Shown: positions 52,621-64,000 of the stretch, one piece after another | Layout of the letters: each line of letters starts with the position of its first letter | How positions within the stretch are numbered: position 1 is the stretch's first letter | Assembly (NCBI GenBank): GCA_043228905.1 | Contig: JBHGNT010000003.1 | Location: forward strand, 15,810,001 to 15,874,000 | Reading direction: 5' to 3' | Length of the DNA stretch: 64,000 nucleotides | Origin: Azolla caroliniana | Taxonomy: Eukaryota; Plantae; Polypodiophyta | Program-made: the position numbers and the translations under genes | The notes under the pieces: model-generated | Databases searched by the model: none | What the model was told of the DNA's origin: nothing | The model's input: only the letters and a program-made list of their open reading frames with translations

Positions 52621-54713
52621 TTATCTCCCATAATTATCACGTAGCATGTAATCTATTACCTCGTCTTCACCAACAAGATCATCTAGATTAAATTTAAGTT
52701 CTTCATAAGCCATGTGAAAGTTGTCTGTTATTTGAACATTCGATTCTCGCAAAACTTGCATCCATGATCGAATACACATCTCGGCCTTGAATGTGCATGA
52801 ATGTAGTTTGATCCTATCATCAAAGGTCATTTTTGCTGCTGAATTTGCCTCTTCAGTAGGTACTGATGATGTTGGTATAGCAAGGTAATCACATGCCATC
52901 CTATACAATTGTGGCATTGTAGATTTATTATCATGCCACCATTGTAAAGGATCCTTGTCTGTGCTAGCCAAAGGAAGTTTTATGAACTGCTCAATTTCAA
53001 ATCGTGAATCAGAAACAAGACTTTTATTGTGTACACCCATTAACCTCCAAATTTTAGAGTTATTATCAATAGGTTGTATTGTGGTTGAAGGTGGCTCAAC
53101 ACCACTCGAGAATGAATGGTAATGGGACTCAATCATGCCTTCAACCAGCTTAATATCTAACTCTCTTTCGATATGGTCATTTGGAATAGGCAATCTATAA
53201 AGGAATGAAAAATATTATTAAACTCAAATAAAATATTAGAAAGCATGAAGACAATTGTAAAACTTAAAGGAAAGTATTACCTGGGATCAAGAAACATTGC
53301 AATGCACGATGGAATATACTTTAATGATTCTTGATACTTAATTAAATATTGTAAGCAGTTCTTAGACGTTTTTTGAAGCACCTCTTGTGTGAATCTAGAT
53401 GATCCCGGAAAGGAAGAATCTAAAAATTAATTACAATGATTAAGTAAACAATTATACGCTAGTGATGCTAGTGATAATGTAGGATATCTTGATCCTCCTA
53501 GAAAGGTAGAAACCTCTGCAGGTTTTTCTAACCATTCCTCCATAGCATGTATGTGACTCCAATCTTCTATGGTCAAGACATAACCATTGAAATCACTTGA
53601 AATTGTTAGATCTAAAATTGTAAAATTCAATATATCTCTATCCTTGATAGCTTGCCTAAACATCTCCAAAGTAGAATTCCATCTTGTAACGACATCAAGC
53701 CTTGGAGGTTCCTTTTCACGATGTTCAACCATCTTAGCATACTTCCTAAACACTTCCCTTCGAACCTTGCTAGATCTAATAGTTTGGAGCATTGTTCTCA
53801 ACTTTTCCGTTGAGGGTGAGATAATCTCTAATGCTGACTTGATGCCCAATTGAAAAGTGTGCACCTGCACCATACACCTTAACATGTGTGAGGGAGCTAA
53901 AATTTCCTTACCATGCTCATTTTGTAACAACATGCTCAATTCCTTTGCAACCATTTGTGCATTACTAGCTCCATCAAAAATTGTAGCTAATGCTCGACTT
54001 GAAATATTAAAAGATCCAAGACGACAAAAGAGGGCATGTGCACAACGTTTCCCTGATCCAATACCTAGAAATACATGCACAAAATCCAATAGCATGGACC
54101 TTGATCTTGTTGTCTCGTGACATGCCCAATGAAGTGTCACTGAGTAGAAGCCCTTCAGACTACTATTTGACCAACCATCAAAAGTAATAGAAAATCTTGA
54201 TTGACTTTTTGATAACAAATCTATCACTTGATGGCGCAACACCACATACATTTCTAAGATGGAACGTTTAATCGTGTGCCTTGTCTTCATTTGATATCCA
54301 GGTACAAGGTTGTGTACGAACTCTTTAAATGCATCTGATTCCACATGTGCATGGGGCAAAGTTCCCTTGACAATATACCTTGTGACGAAACAATCAATTT
54401 TCTTCTCTAAAACACGAGATACTTTAGTAGACTCTATAGAAGATTGAATAATCTTCGAAATACCTGAATTTTGATTTGGTTCGTCTAATAGATGATGTTT
54501 TTCCATTAAATGCTTAGCTATAGTACTTGTGGATGTTTTTGAAGACCATCATTGTCAAGGTGTGCCATTATCCATATAAGATATGATGTGAGCATCTGTC
54601 CATGATGAACGTTGCCTTTTTCTTGACATGCTTGTTTGCCCTTGGCTAACATTAATTGATGATGAGTCCATCGTTGCATGAGTTTGAGAAGATGATTCCA
54701 TTTAATGTTGTCC
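52621..54713 (-). pseudogene. hAT transposase with premature stops; intron 53195-53280
   Basis: SITFDGWS, RCMVQVHTFQL, DVVTRWNST, YPTLS, FLDP|R, and dimerisation domain DPLQWW..MPQLYRMACDYLAIPTSSVPTEEANS. In-frame stops near 53427 and 54550. Confidence 0.9.
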
Positions 54714-56700
54714 CTATAAAACATAAAAAAAGAAAGCATAGTTATGTATATAATACACATATTTTGTCCATAAGATAGTAACTACCATGACTATGACTCA
54801 TATATGCATGGTTGCATCCTCTTATTAATAGCAATAGTAAATAGCATTGTATGTACTGAGCAAATACAATGCAAACAAGTTAAAAAGCTCACAAAAACGA
54901 GTGTGCGTTCAAATGTTAAAGTTAAGCCTATGAACTCACTCACAAAAACGAGTGTGCGTTCAAATGTCAAATACCTCTAGAATGGTAATTGGGTTGCTAA
55001 CCTCTACAAAATTGGCCCAATACTGAAATTGACTTATTAACCTTCAAAATTCCCATCTATGGCCAGTAACGAACCACTCGCTATCCGATGCCTTACTTAA
55101 ATGGTCCCAAAAAATGGATGTAGTTTAACTTCTAGAAGGTCATCTATGGTCTAGAATAAAACCCCTTAAATACCCCAAGAGACAGAGAACTCAAGCAAAC
55201 CAATTCGGCTCTAAAGCCCCATCTATGCCAAGTGTGTGGAATTTGGTTAACTCTAGAAACAAACTGGAATTGGGTTGAAAGATCTTTAAAAAACCATCTA
55301 TGCCAGGTACACACCTTAAGATTCATTGGCAAAACACGAAATTCAAAATTGCATAAGGGTTGAAATCTTGACAATGTAACATGGTAGGCAAGGTAATCTG
55401 ATATGTTAGAGTGGGTTCAACTAGAAAAACCCTATTATAGCAGACGACAAAATTGAGTTGAGCTCTAGTAACCCATCGATGTTATGAATGCCTGAGGAGT
55501 CTTCGATCAATCTAATGTTCCAATGAACGTAATTATCTAGGCAAACAATGCAACTTGATCTATCTCTGGGATGCAACTGTAAACCAAGTTTGCTTGAAGG
55601 CCAGAGAGGAATGTGTCTATCCTCTTGGCCAAAACTGTGATGCCCTTCAACAACACGTAATCAACCATAGCAGCCCATTTACACACATAGAACTGGGTAA
55701 TCCTATTCATGATGATCCAAATGGATTGTGAATGAATTGATTGCTTGATTAGAATTCACCTCAATTGATGATCCAAAGGATTGTGAATGAATTATTTGCT
55801 CAAATGTACTTGGTCTCGATGACAATCTAAAAAGATTGTGAACGAAGTTATTGGCCTCATTTACATTAAATTAATGCAACAAGGTACAGATATGGGACTC
55901 CGACTGATTCTAGGATGCTGAATTTCTAGAGCTACTAAAAATGTCCTCCAATGGTGTCACACAAGCATCATCATCATTATGTAACACTTTTCGAGACTTA
56001 CAGCAACTCTAGTTATTGCGATGGAATGTATTCAATGAATAGTAGAAGAGTTTTGTTTAGATCATTTAACATAAACAATCATCATCCAACTGATTCACTT
56101 GTAAGAAAAACATGTAAACCTAAACAATTTTTGATACAAAGAGGTAAGGTAAACTCCATGACGAAAATCCTTAAGACATTGCCTTTTCTTCATATAAACA
56201 AGGACACCAACACCATTGTAATTGCAGGGCTTTCTGAATGAGCTCAAAGAGTTCCTTGCTTTCGTATCTGTCTAAGAGAAACCTATACATAAACTTATTT
56301 ATTGTAGGGTGTTGAATGATGGATTGATCATCAGGCACCCATAAGGAACCCTGTGTCATGAACACATGACCATTATGGCATCACCCGGACTTCAACCTCG
56401 AACCTTGTAATTCATACTTGAAAACCTCAACCATTAAGATAGCTTATTGTTATATGAAACAATAAAAGCTACTTCTTGTATTACATTGATTATTGTAAAA
56501 ACTCTAGATTATTCTAGAATGTTCTAGAATGTCCTAGAGCATTCTAGGTCTGGAACATTCTAGAACATTCTAGAAATCTCTAAGCTATTCTATAGGAACC
56601 TATAAATAAGCGCATACATGTACTCTCAAATCAATTCGAATCAAACTGTCAGAACCAAGGATAAAAGATAGAGTGATGGAAGAAGGATAGAGAAGAATGG

Positions 56701-59700
56701 ATGTATAAGCCAATTAGAAGAGGAGTCAAACGAATAAGTCCGGCCAAAATAGGAGCCATTTGGTTGGACAACCCTAGATATGTACAACCTAGTGTGGGTT
56801 CCATTTCTTCCAAGCATGTTAGTAGAGTCTTCTCAGCCCTAGTACAAGTTAGGACACCCAGTTGTCAACTTCAAGTCCAAGCCCTCTTAGATACTAGAGC
56901 CAATTCTTGTTTCATGGATAGAGATTTTGCCCAAAAACACCAAATATCCTTGCATACACTTCCTTGTCCAGTTTCCGTAGTAGTGATTGATGGACGCCCC
57001 ATAGCTTCCGGGAAGATATTTGAAGAGTCTGAGCCAATACACATACTCTTGGGTGATTTAGGATGTGTAGTTTCCTTTAACATAATCCGTAGTCCTGAGC
57101 ATCCAATTGTCCTCGGTTTGCCATGGTTCGAGCTACATAACCCTAGAATCGATTGGAGGAAGCGAGAAATTAGGTGCCCTTTAGCAGAAAATATCATTGT
57201 CAAGGATCGAACTCGGGATTATCCTCCCAAAGTATATAGTTCTACCGATGCACCATATCCTTCTCATCAAATTTCAGCCATCACATTGCAACAATTGCAC
57301 CAAGTGGGAGGCAAGGAGGACCTTTTCTTATTTGCAGTATCAGTGACACCTTCTAGTGTCACTCAAGGGAATTCAGACATCCAAATTCCCAAAAAATATC
57401 AAGACTATGCTGATGTTTTCGACAAAGTCAAAGCTAGTGTTCTTCCAAAGCATCGGCCGTACGACTGTCCTATTGATCTCCAACTAGGAAAAGAGCCTCC
57501 GTGGGGTCCGATTTACAATTTATCACCCACTGAGCTTGAGGTTCTTCGAGAATACATCGAGGAAAATCTTGCACATGGGTTTATTCGACATTCAAAGTCT
57601 CCAGCTGGTGCTCCTATCTTTTTTGTGAAGAAAAAGGATGGCTCCCTTCGTTTGGTCGTGGACTATCGAGGCTTAAATAAAGTCACCATAAGGAATAGGT
57701 ATGCTTTACCTTTAATCTCCAATCTCTTAGAACGCATTGGTGGGGCAAAGCATTTTACCAAAATTGATCTAAGGGGTGCATATAATCTTGTTCGAATTCG
57801 GCCAGGAGATGAGTGGAAAACAACATTTCGTACTTGGTATGGTCATTTCGAGTATACAGTCATGCCTTTCGGGCTCACAAATGCACCTGCTGTATTCCAA
57901 CATATGGCAAATGACATCTTCCGGGATTTCTTGGATATTTTTCTAATCATCTACCTAGATGATCTATTGATTTACTCTAAAACACAGGGGGAGCATGATA
58001 TACATGTGCGGCAAGTACTTGAACGCCTAAGGAAGTATGGTCTTTACGCCAAACTTGAGAAATGCAGTTTTGATTGCAAACAAGTCGAATTTTTGGGATA
58101 CACTATTTCATCCTAGGGTGTTTTCATGGACCCGGCAAAAGTCCAAACAATATTGGAATGGAAACCCCCATGCTCAGTTCGGGATGTCCAGTGTTTCCTC
58201 GGATTTGCGAACTTCTATCGCAAATTCATACATAATTATTCAAGCATTGTGTTGCCCCTTACTCAACTCACCAAGAAAAATCAAGCATTTTTTTGGAGTA
58301 TCGAAGCGGACAAGGCTTTTACGCAGCTAAAAGAGGCATTCACATCAGCACCCATCCTAGCACATATTGATCCTGAAAAGCCATTTACTATTGAGGCGGA
58401 TGCATCAGAATTTGCATTGGGGAGTATCCTATCGCAACTAGGCGACGACGGGCAGATACATCCAGTCGCGTTTCACTCGAGAAAGTTTACTGTTTCGGAG
58501 ATAAACTATGAGGTGCATGACAAGGAGTTACTAGCTGTGGTCGACTCATTCGAGCAATGGCATCATTTTCTAGAAGGATCACCTCATCAAATTATCATTT
58601 ATAGTGATCAAAAAAATCTCACATATTTTCAAACAGCTCGAGTATTAAATAGACGACAAGCTCGGTGGGCCCAATTTCTAACGCGTTTCGATTTCAAGAT
58701 CATTTTTCGCCCCGGAAAACAACAAGGGAAAGCAGATGCTCTGTCTCGGCGTTCGTATCTAGCACTTCGACCTGGAGATCCGGCCTTTGAAAATCAAAAG
58801 CAAACTCTCCTCGGGCCATCAAAGCTAAAGGTAACAACAATTTATGCCACACCACTTGATTCTACCCTTCTTGACACTATTCGGCAACAACTTCATTCGG
58901 ATGATTTTGCTAAGGATGTCTTAGCCCACTGTGGTTCAAGTCGTCCATCTTGCTCCACATTGCCAGGGTCATCTCAACATTATAAGGACTTCAAGTGGCA
59001 AGATGGTTTACTCTTCTACAAGAATCTCCTTTACGTCCCCGACGGATCACCCCGACTTCAAGTGTTGGAACATTGTCATGATGCCCCCATGGCTGGACAT
59101 TTTGGTATTTCCAAGACCATTGAGTTGGTGAAACGTTCGTTTTGGTGGCCTCACTTGCAAAAATTTGTCGAAGATTATGTTCGCACTTGTGACACTTGTT
59201 GTCGCGCCAAAATACCCCGGCATCACCCTTATGGCTTACTACAACCATTACCCCCTCCCAACAAGCCATGGCAGTCTATTTCTATGGATTTCATTACGGA
59301 TCTGCCACCTTCCAAAGGATTTGATACTATTTTAACAGTAGTGGATCGGTTCACCAAGATGGCACATTTTGTACCATGTGTAAAGATCATCAATAGTGAA
59401 GAAACTGCAGATCTCATTATGCGTGAAGTGTTTCGCCATCATGGTCTCCCGAATGATATTATTAGCGATCGAGGTCCTCAATTTATCTCACACTTTTGGA
59501 AGCACCTATGGGCAGGCCTCAAAATCTCTTGCAAACTCTCTTCGGCTTATCATCCACAAACTGACGGACAAACAGAGTGCACAAATCAAACGCTCGAGCA
59601 ATATCTTCGATGTTTCATTAGTTATCAACAAGATGATTGGAGTAAAATTTTACATCTTGCTGAGTTTGCATACAACAACACGGTCCACTCTTCTACCAAA

Positions 59701-60393
59701 GTTACACCTTTCTTTGCCTACACCGGCAACCACCCTCGATGGTGTATACTGGATCTTCCCGAGGTGTCACGAAACCCTAGTGCAGCGCATCACCTCCACC
59801 GACTACAACAAATCTAGTTCGAGTTATCGTCACATCTTCAGAAAGTGCAAGCACACCATAAGACCAATGCCGATCGACATCGTCTTAAGTCTCCGTTTAA
59901 GGTTGGTGACCATGTATGGTTGCTTCGTCGTCACATCAAGACTACCCGACCGTGTGCTAAGCTTGACTATCAACGCTTAGGTCCTTTTGTCATCACGGCG
60001 CAGATTAATGATGCAACATTTCGTCTTAACCTTCCTGCACATATGCGGCTTCACCCTGTCTTTCATAGCTCTCTTTTGGAACCTTGCCACACCTCTTTAA
60101 TTCCTGATCGTGTCGTGCCACCATCGCCTTCTGTACAACTTGTGGACGGCCCCGAATACGAGGTAGCTGCTATTCTCGATTCTAAGATTGTGCGCAATAA
60201 GCTTTATTATCTAGTTGATTGGCTTGGTTATCCTCCGAGTGATTGCACTTGGGAACCCATCGATAACGTTTGTAATGCTGAAGCTTTGGTCAACGACTTC
60301 CATCGTCACTATCCAAACAAGCCCGGCCCAACAATGTTAACGCCGACTTCCACTCGGCGTTCTCGAAGGAGGGATAGTGTCATGAACACATGA
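56701..60393 (+). pseudogene. gypsy pol: PR-RT-RH-INT-chromodomain in one frame with two TAG stops (58114-58116, 59815-59817)
   Basis: ALLDTRANSCF (PR), YLDD (RT), EADAS/DKELLA (RH), HHCC plus SMDF/SDRG/DGQTE (INT), GPF motif, YEVAAILDSK..YYLVDWLGYPPSDCTWEP (chromodomain). Confidence 0.95.
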
Positions 60394-60786
60394 CCATTAT
60401 GGCGTCACCCGGACTTGAACCTCGAACCTTGTAATTCATACTTGAAAACCTCAACCATTAAGATAGCTTATTGTTATATGAAACAATAAAAGCTACTTCT
60501 TGTATTACATTGATTATTGTAAAAACTCTAGATTATTCTAGAATGTTCTAGAATGTCCTAGAGCATTCTAGGTCTAGAACATTCTAGAACATTCTAGAAA
60601 TCTCTAAGCTATTCTATAGGAACCTATAAATAAGCGCATACAGGTACTCTCAAATCAATTCGAATCAACACCAGTCTTTAGCTCTCATTACATATCTTGT
60701 ATCCATTCTCTTTCTTTCTCTATCTTATACATCCATTCTTCTCTATCCTTCTTCCATCACTCTATCTTTTATCCTTGGTTCTGACA
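60378..60786 (+). repeat. 3' LTR of the chromovirus
   Basis: TGTCA..TGACA termini. The first ~290 bp match 56354-56644 with about four differences. Confidence 0.95.
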
Positions 60787-63700
60787 CCCTGAGGACTAAA
60801 TGCATTAAGTCCATCTAATGGATTAAAAAATCAAGTTCTCCTTGACAAAATTGCCAAATGGTTTGACTACAAGCTTTGGAAATGGAAATGATTATGACAA
60901 AACAAAATGAAGTTTTCTTCCATGGAGAGTATCGCAGAAAGCATAGGATACTTGCAAGGGAAACATATGAATTATCCCTTAATTAATCACAACCATAACA
61001 GTGGTCACGACTGCTGGATGATGATGGTAACATCTGTTTTCAATGACATCGTAACAAATCATTGGGTAAAATGCAGCAAACAATATGTACCGGAACTAGT
61101 TTCTGATCCTGAAAGTGGAAGAGAAGCCAATATATTTTCTACCAGTATCATCCTAGAAATTAAACTAATGATTAGTGCATTATTCAGTAATCATGCAACA
61201 AACATGAAATCATGTGATGTTCCTTGATATCATGTGATGTACATACCCATCCACAATGAATGCATGCATTCGGGTATACCAAAAACATTCAAAGGAAAGA
61301 TCATAGACATGTTCTGAGATATCATGGGAAGTATAGCAATACATACCTTTGTAACCTATTATAGTAGATTGTAGACTGTAGTAGGAACTTTGAAGAGGAC
61401 TAGGGAGTTGGGACTCAGGACTCAGGACTCAGGAGTTAGGAGTTAGGATGAGGACCAAGGTAGCGTAGCAGAGAGTATACAGTTTGTGAAGGCGTACAGA
61501 AAAGAGAGTCAAGAGGCAAGAGTCAATACTTAGAATTTAGGATTATTATTTTTAAATCTAAAAACCTAAAAACCAAACCTTTAAACCGAAACCGATAAAC
61601 TAATAAGCCTTTAAACCGCTAAACCGCTAACTCCAAAAACTGAACCGAACCGAATCGTATACTATGAAACCAAACCAAACTAATTATTTAACTTTAAACC
61701 GATAAACCATTAAGCCACGGCTTAGCAATTCGGTTCGGTTCGAGTTGAAACCGGGCCCATTGCTAATTACCCATACTCACACATCATATACTCTTCTCAT
61801 ATATTTAAGGAATTGCAAACATTTATTCAATTGGCACCCTGAGTTCTTCCATAGGTTTTCAAAGATGCTTACAAGGTACTATTGCAAATGCTTCCGTGAA
61901 GTCCACCTCTCCAATAACCTTTTTCCATTAAACTCAAAGGTAGACATGGTGATGGATAATGTATGGGATTTCCAAAAATAAGCTTGACTATATGCTTTCA
62001 GACCATTTTCTTCACTCAATGCAACTACCTTTGATTCCGATATATAATCAAATAGTGTTTCTCTTAGTGAGCTGACCATAATGGTTTAGTTATTGTTTAC
62101 ATTATTTATATCTTCACCTTTATGGTTTGATGCAAATTGTCATCCAATCGTAGGGCACACTATTTGACAATACGTGGTTAAACATATCACCTATCCATGC
62201 ATGTGGTTTCTTTATCGTACATTTGAACATTGAAGCCTTTATACATTGGAGATCTCTTTTAGAAAGGCCAATTTCTTAAGACCTATGTATATATCTTCAA
62301 CCATAAAGAAGGGGCGTGTATGTGAAATAGAATCATACCACATAGTTTTTCAAATAAGATAAGGACCTTTGGCCATAATGCACTTGGATGTTCGGTGGAA
62401 ACCCTAGTGGTCTCATATAGATGTCAATTTTATTCTCTCTTGTACTATATTCGATACAAAACTATTGACAATTTCATAGAGATGATCCCAATTAGGAGCA
62501 TACTTGCGGGCTTCCTTTATACATGTGTCCTCAACATACATAAATTCCTCTTCTTCAATCATCTCTAGACAATCCCATATTCCTCACTAAATTGATAATT
62601 ATAGTGTAGCATGAAAATACTTGAATTGTTTGCATGTGTGCCCATATAATCACTTCCTTCAAATGTCGTGAGGTGTGGTTAGCATTAAAATATGTTATAT
62701 TTATACAATGTCAAATAAAGTATGTATGAAGAGGTTGAATGGGGTGAGTATTATCTTTTATTTTTTATTGTATATGTTGTTGCAACTTCTGTCTTTTGGT
62801 GATTTGAAACTATTTGGACGTTTATGTAACTGCATAATCCTATTCTACTTGTATAACTTATAATATAATTGAATATATTCTCTCTGTACTTATAAAAAGA
62901 TCATTCAAAATTCAAAGAAAATCAACAATTTTGATGTCTCTTGAAATCCCACCTCTCTCTCTTATTCACTTTCTTAAGCATTCATACTCTCTACACTCTA
63001 CGTCACATTTTGTTTGTCACATGATCTTGGCAATCATACAATCAACATATATGAAGAAATTTTTTCTAGTTTTAATTAAGATATTCTATCTAATATACTG
63101 TATTCTATTGCTCAAACATAATCAAGGAGACTTTTCATGAATTGCTTGATTTCTTACTGTCAAGTTTGTTAATGAGTTGCTAAATTGAAAAGGATGTTTA
63201 GAAAAATGTAATGTATCATGTGGGACCATCCCAACATCAAAAGGGAGACATATAAACCATGCCAATCACAATATTCTTCCTTGAACTATTTATAATCAAC
63301 ATCCCATATTAGTATATTATTACTAAATGTTTTAAATAGCAATCTCTGATTTATTCTTTTGATACCGGTATGGTAAAGATAATCTATGTCTGCAACATTT
63401 CGAATTTCATAAAGAATCACGATTCCAAGTAAAAGGAGTGAAATTGTATTGATCCAATTCAAAAACACATGAGTGAGCACTTAATAGTGCAACTATATTA
63501 TGGTTCACATAATAACGATTTTGCTATTCCAACCAATCATTTTTATTCTACGTTGATTCCAATTATATTGAAATATCTTGTCTTCTTGTGATAATGCTAG
63601 GCGTGGATCATGTAATGTCCACCAATTAGTAAAGTACTTGCAGTGACCCTACAAGGATACTTAATCAAATTCCCAAACCTTAATAATCATCGTTCTACAA

Positions 63701-64000
63701 ATAGCACAACTCAACTTTTTGTTGAGTATTATTCATTGAAATGCTTCCTATTCACCTTTTTTATCACAATGTACTCAATCATAGATATCAGTGTATCACT
63801 AATGAAATCCCCCCATATCCATACATAATTCAGACTTATAGTTGATTATGCTCACTTGTGGTTGAGATTTCCAAAATCTTCCTAATTGTAATATGGTGAT
63901 TATTGACCATTATTTCGTTTTTACATTGATATACATTAAGCACCCCATTGCATTAAATGGTGTGGATGACCCAAACAAAGAAAGGAATAAGACAAAAAAT

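Larger units (their letters stand above)
56354..60786 (+). mobile_element. Ty3/gypsy chromovirus (Tcn1-like), gag-less with a rearranged 5' LTR
   Basis: TSD CCCTG (56349-56353, 60787-60791). Complete 3' LTR 60378-60786. The 5' LTR matches only over 56354-56644. PPT GAAGGAGGGATAG. The lineage call is inferred from the pol and chromodomain appearance. Confidence 0.92.
51685..61765 (-). mobile_element. hAT-superfamily DNA transposon
   Basis: Perfect 14-bp TIR TAGCAATGGGCCCG. 8-bp TSD ATTAGCCA/ATTACCCA. Dense subterminal AAACC(A/G) repeats at both ends. Transposase on the minus strand. Confidence 0.95.
44263..64000 (-). mobile_element. Old RTE-like LINE (endonuclease + RT) split into 44263-44412, 51186-51684 and 61766-64000
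   Basis: Peptides IKKGFPLSP, MLLSHVDDVML (YADD region), LNVNRPKANIM, DILVTPMLL|YG across the copia TSD, IGDMFNHV..PYDW, and IDY near 63380. Continuity is restored across both TSDs. Confidence 0.7.

Noticed and set aside
58114-59817. In-frame TAG codons in chromovirus pol as programmed readthrough or RNA-editing sites
   Set aside because: Most simply C-to-T (CAG to TAG) decay in a methylated nuclear element that also has a mutated protease motif.

Overview
Eukaryotic land-plant genomic DNA, most likely a fern or other non-seed plant (inferred from the PLS-type PPR and the Tcn1-like chromovirus). Three host genes sit in a gene island at about 14.6-35.2 kb: a 15-exon plastid dihydrolipoamide dehydrogenase (+), a 4-exon CDC5/CEF1 MYB splicing factor with a long acidic repeat tail (+), and an intronless PLS-E PPR (-). 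The flanks are nested transposons whose boundaries can be read from TSDs. On the left, an L1 LINE is split by a Ty1/copia element (4287-13300), which is split by a very young gag-only LTR element (8657-12149) with a tRNA-Trp PBS, a 4-bp TSD and one intact 741-aa ORF. On the right, an old LINE is split by a copia (44413-51185, holding a non-autonomous hAT that holds a solo LTR) and by a hAT transposon (51685-61765, holding a chromovirus at 56354-60786); the start of this block is tandemly duplicated with a large deletion. The most notable observations are: (1) the gag-only Trp-primed element; (2) antisense tRNA-like A/B-box modules in the U3 of three different LTR sequences; (3) an inverted U5 fused at the predicted transcript start of the chromovirus, which looks like a footprint of Tf1-type self-priming; (4) heat-shock-element arrays in LTRs; (5) a stem-loop enclosing the PPT, plus a second PPT, shared by different copia families. 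All coordinates and alignments were done by eye.
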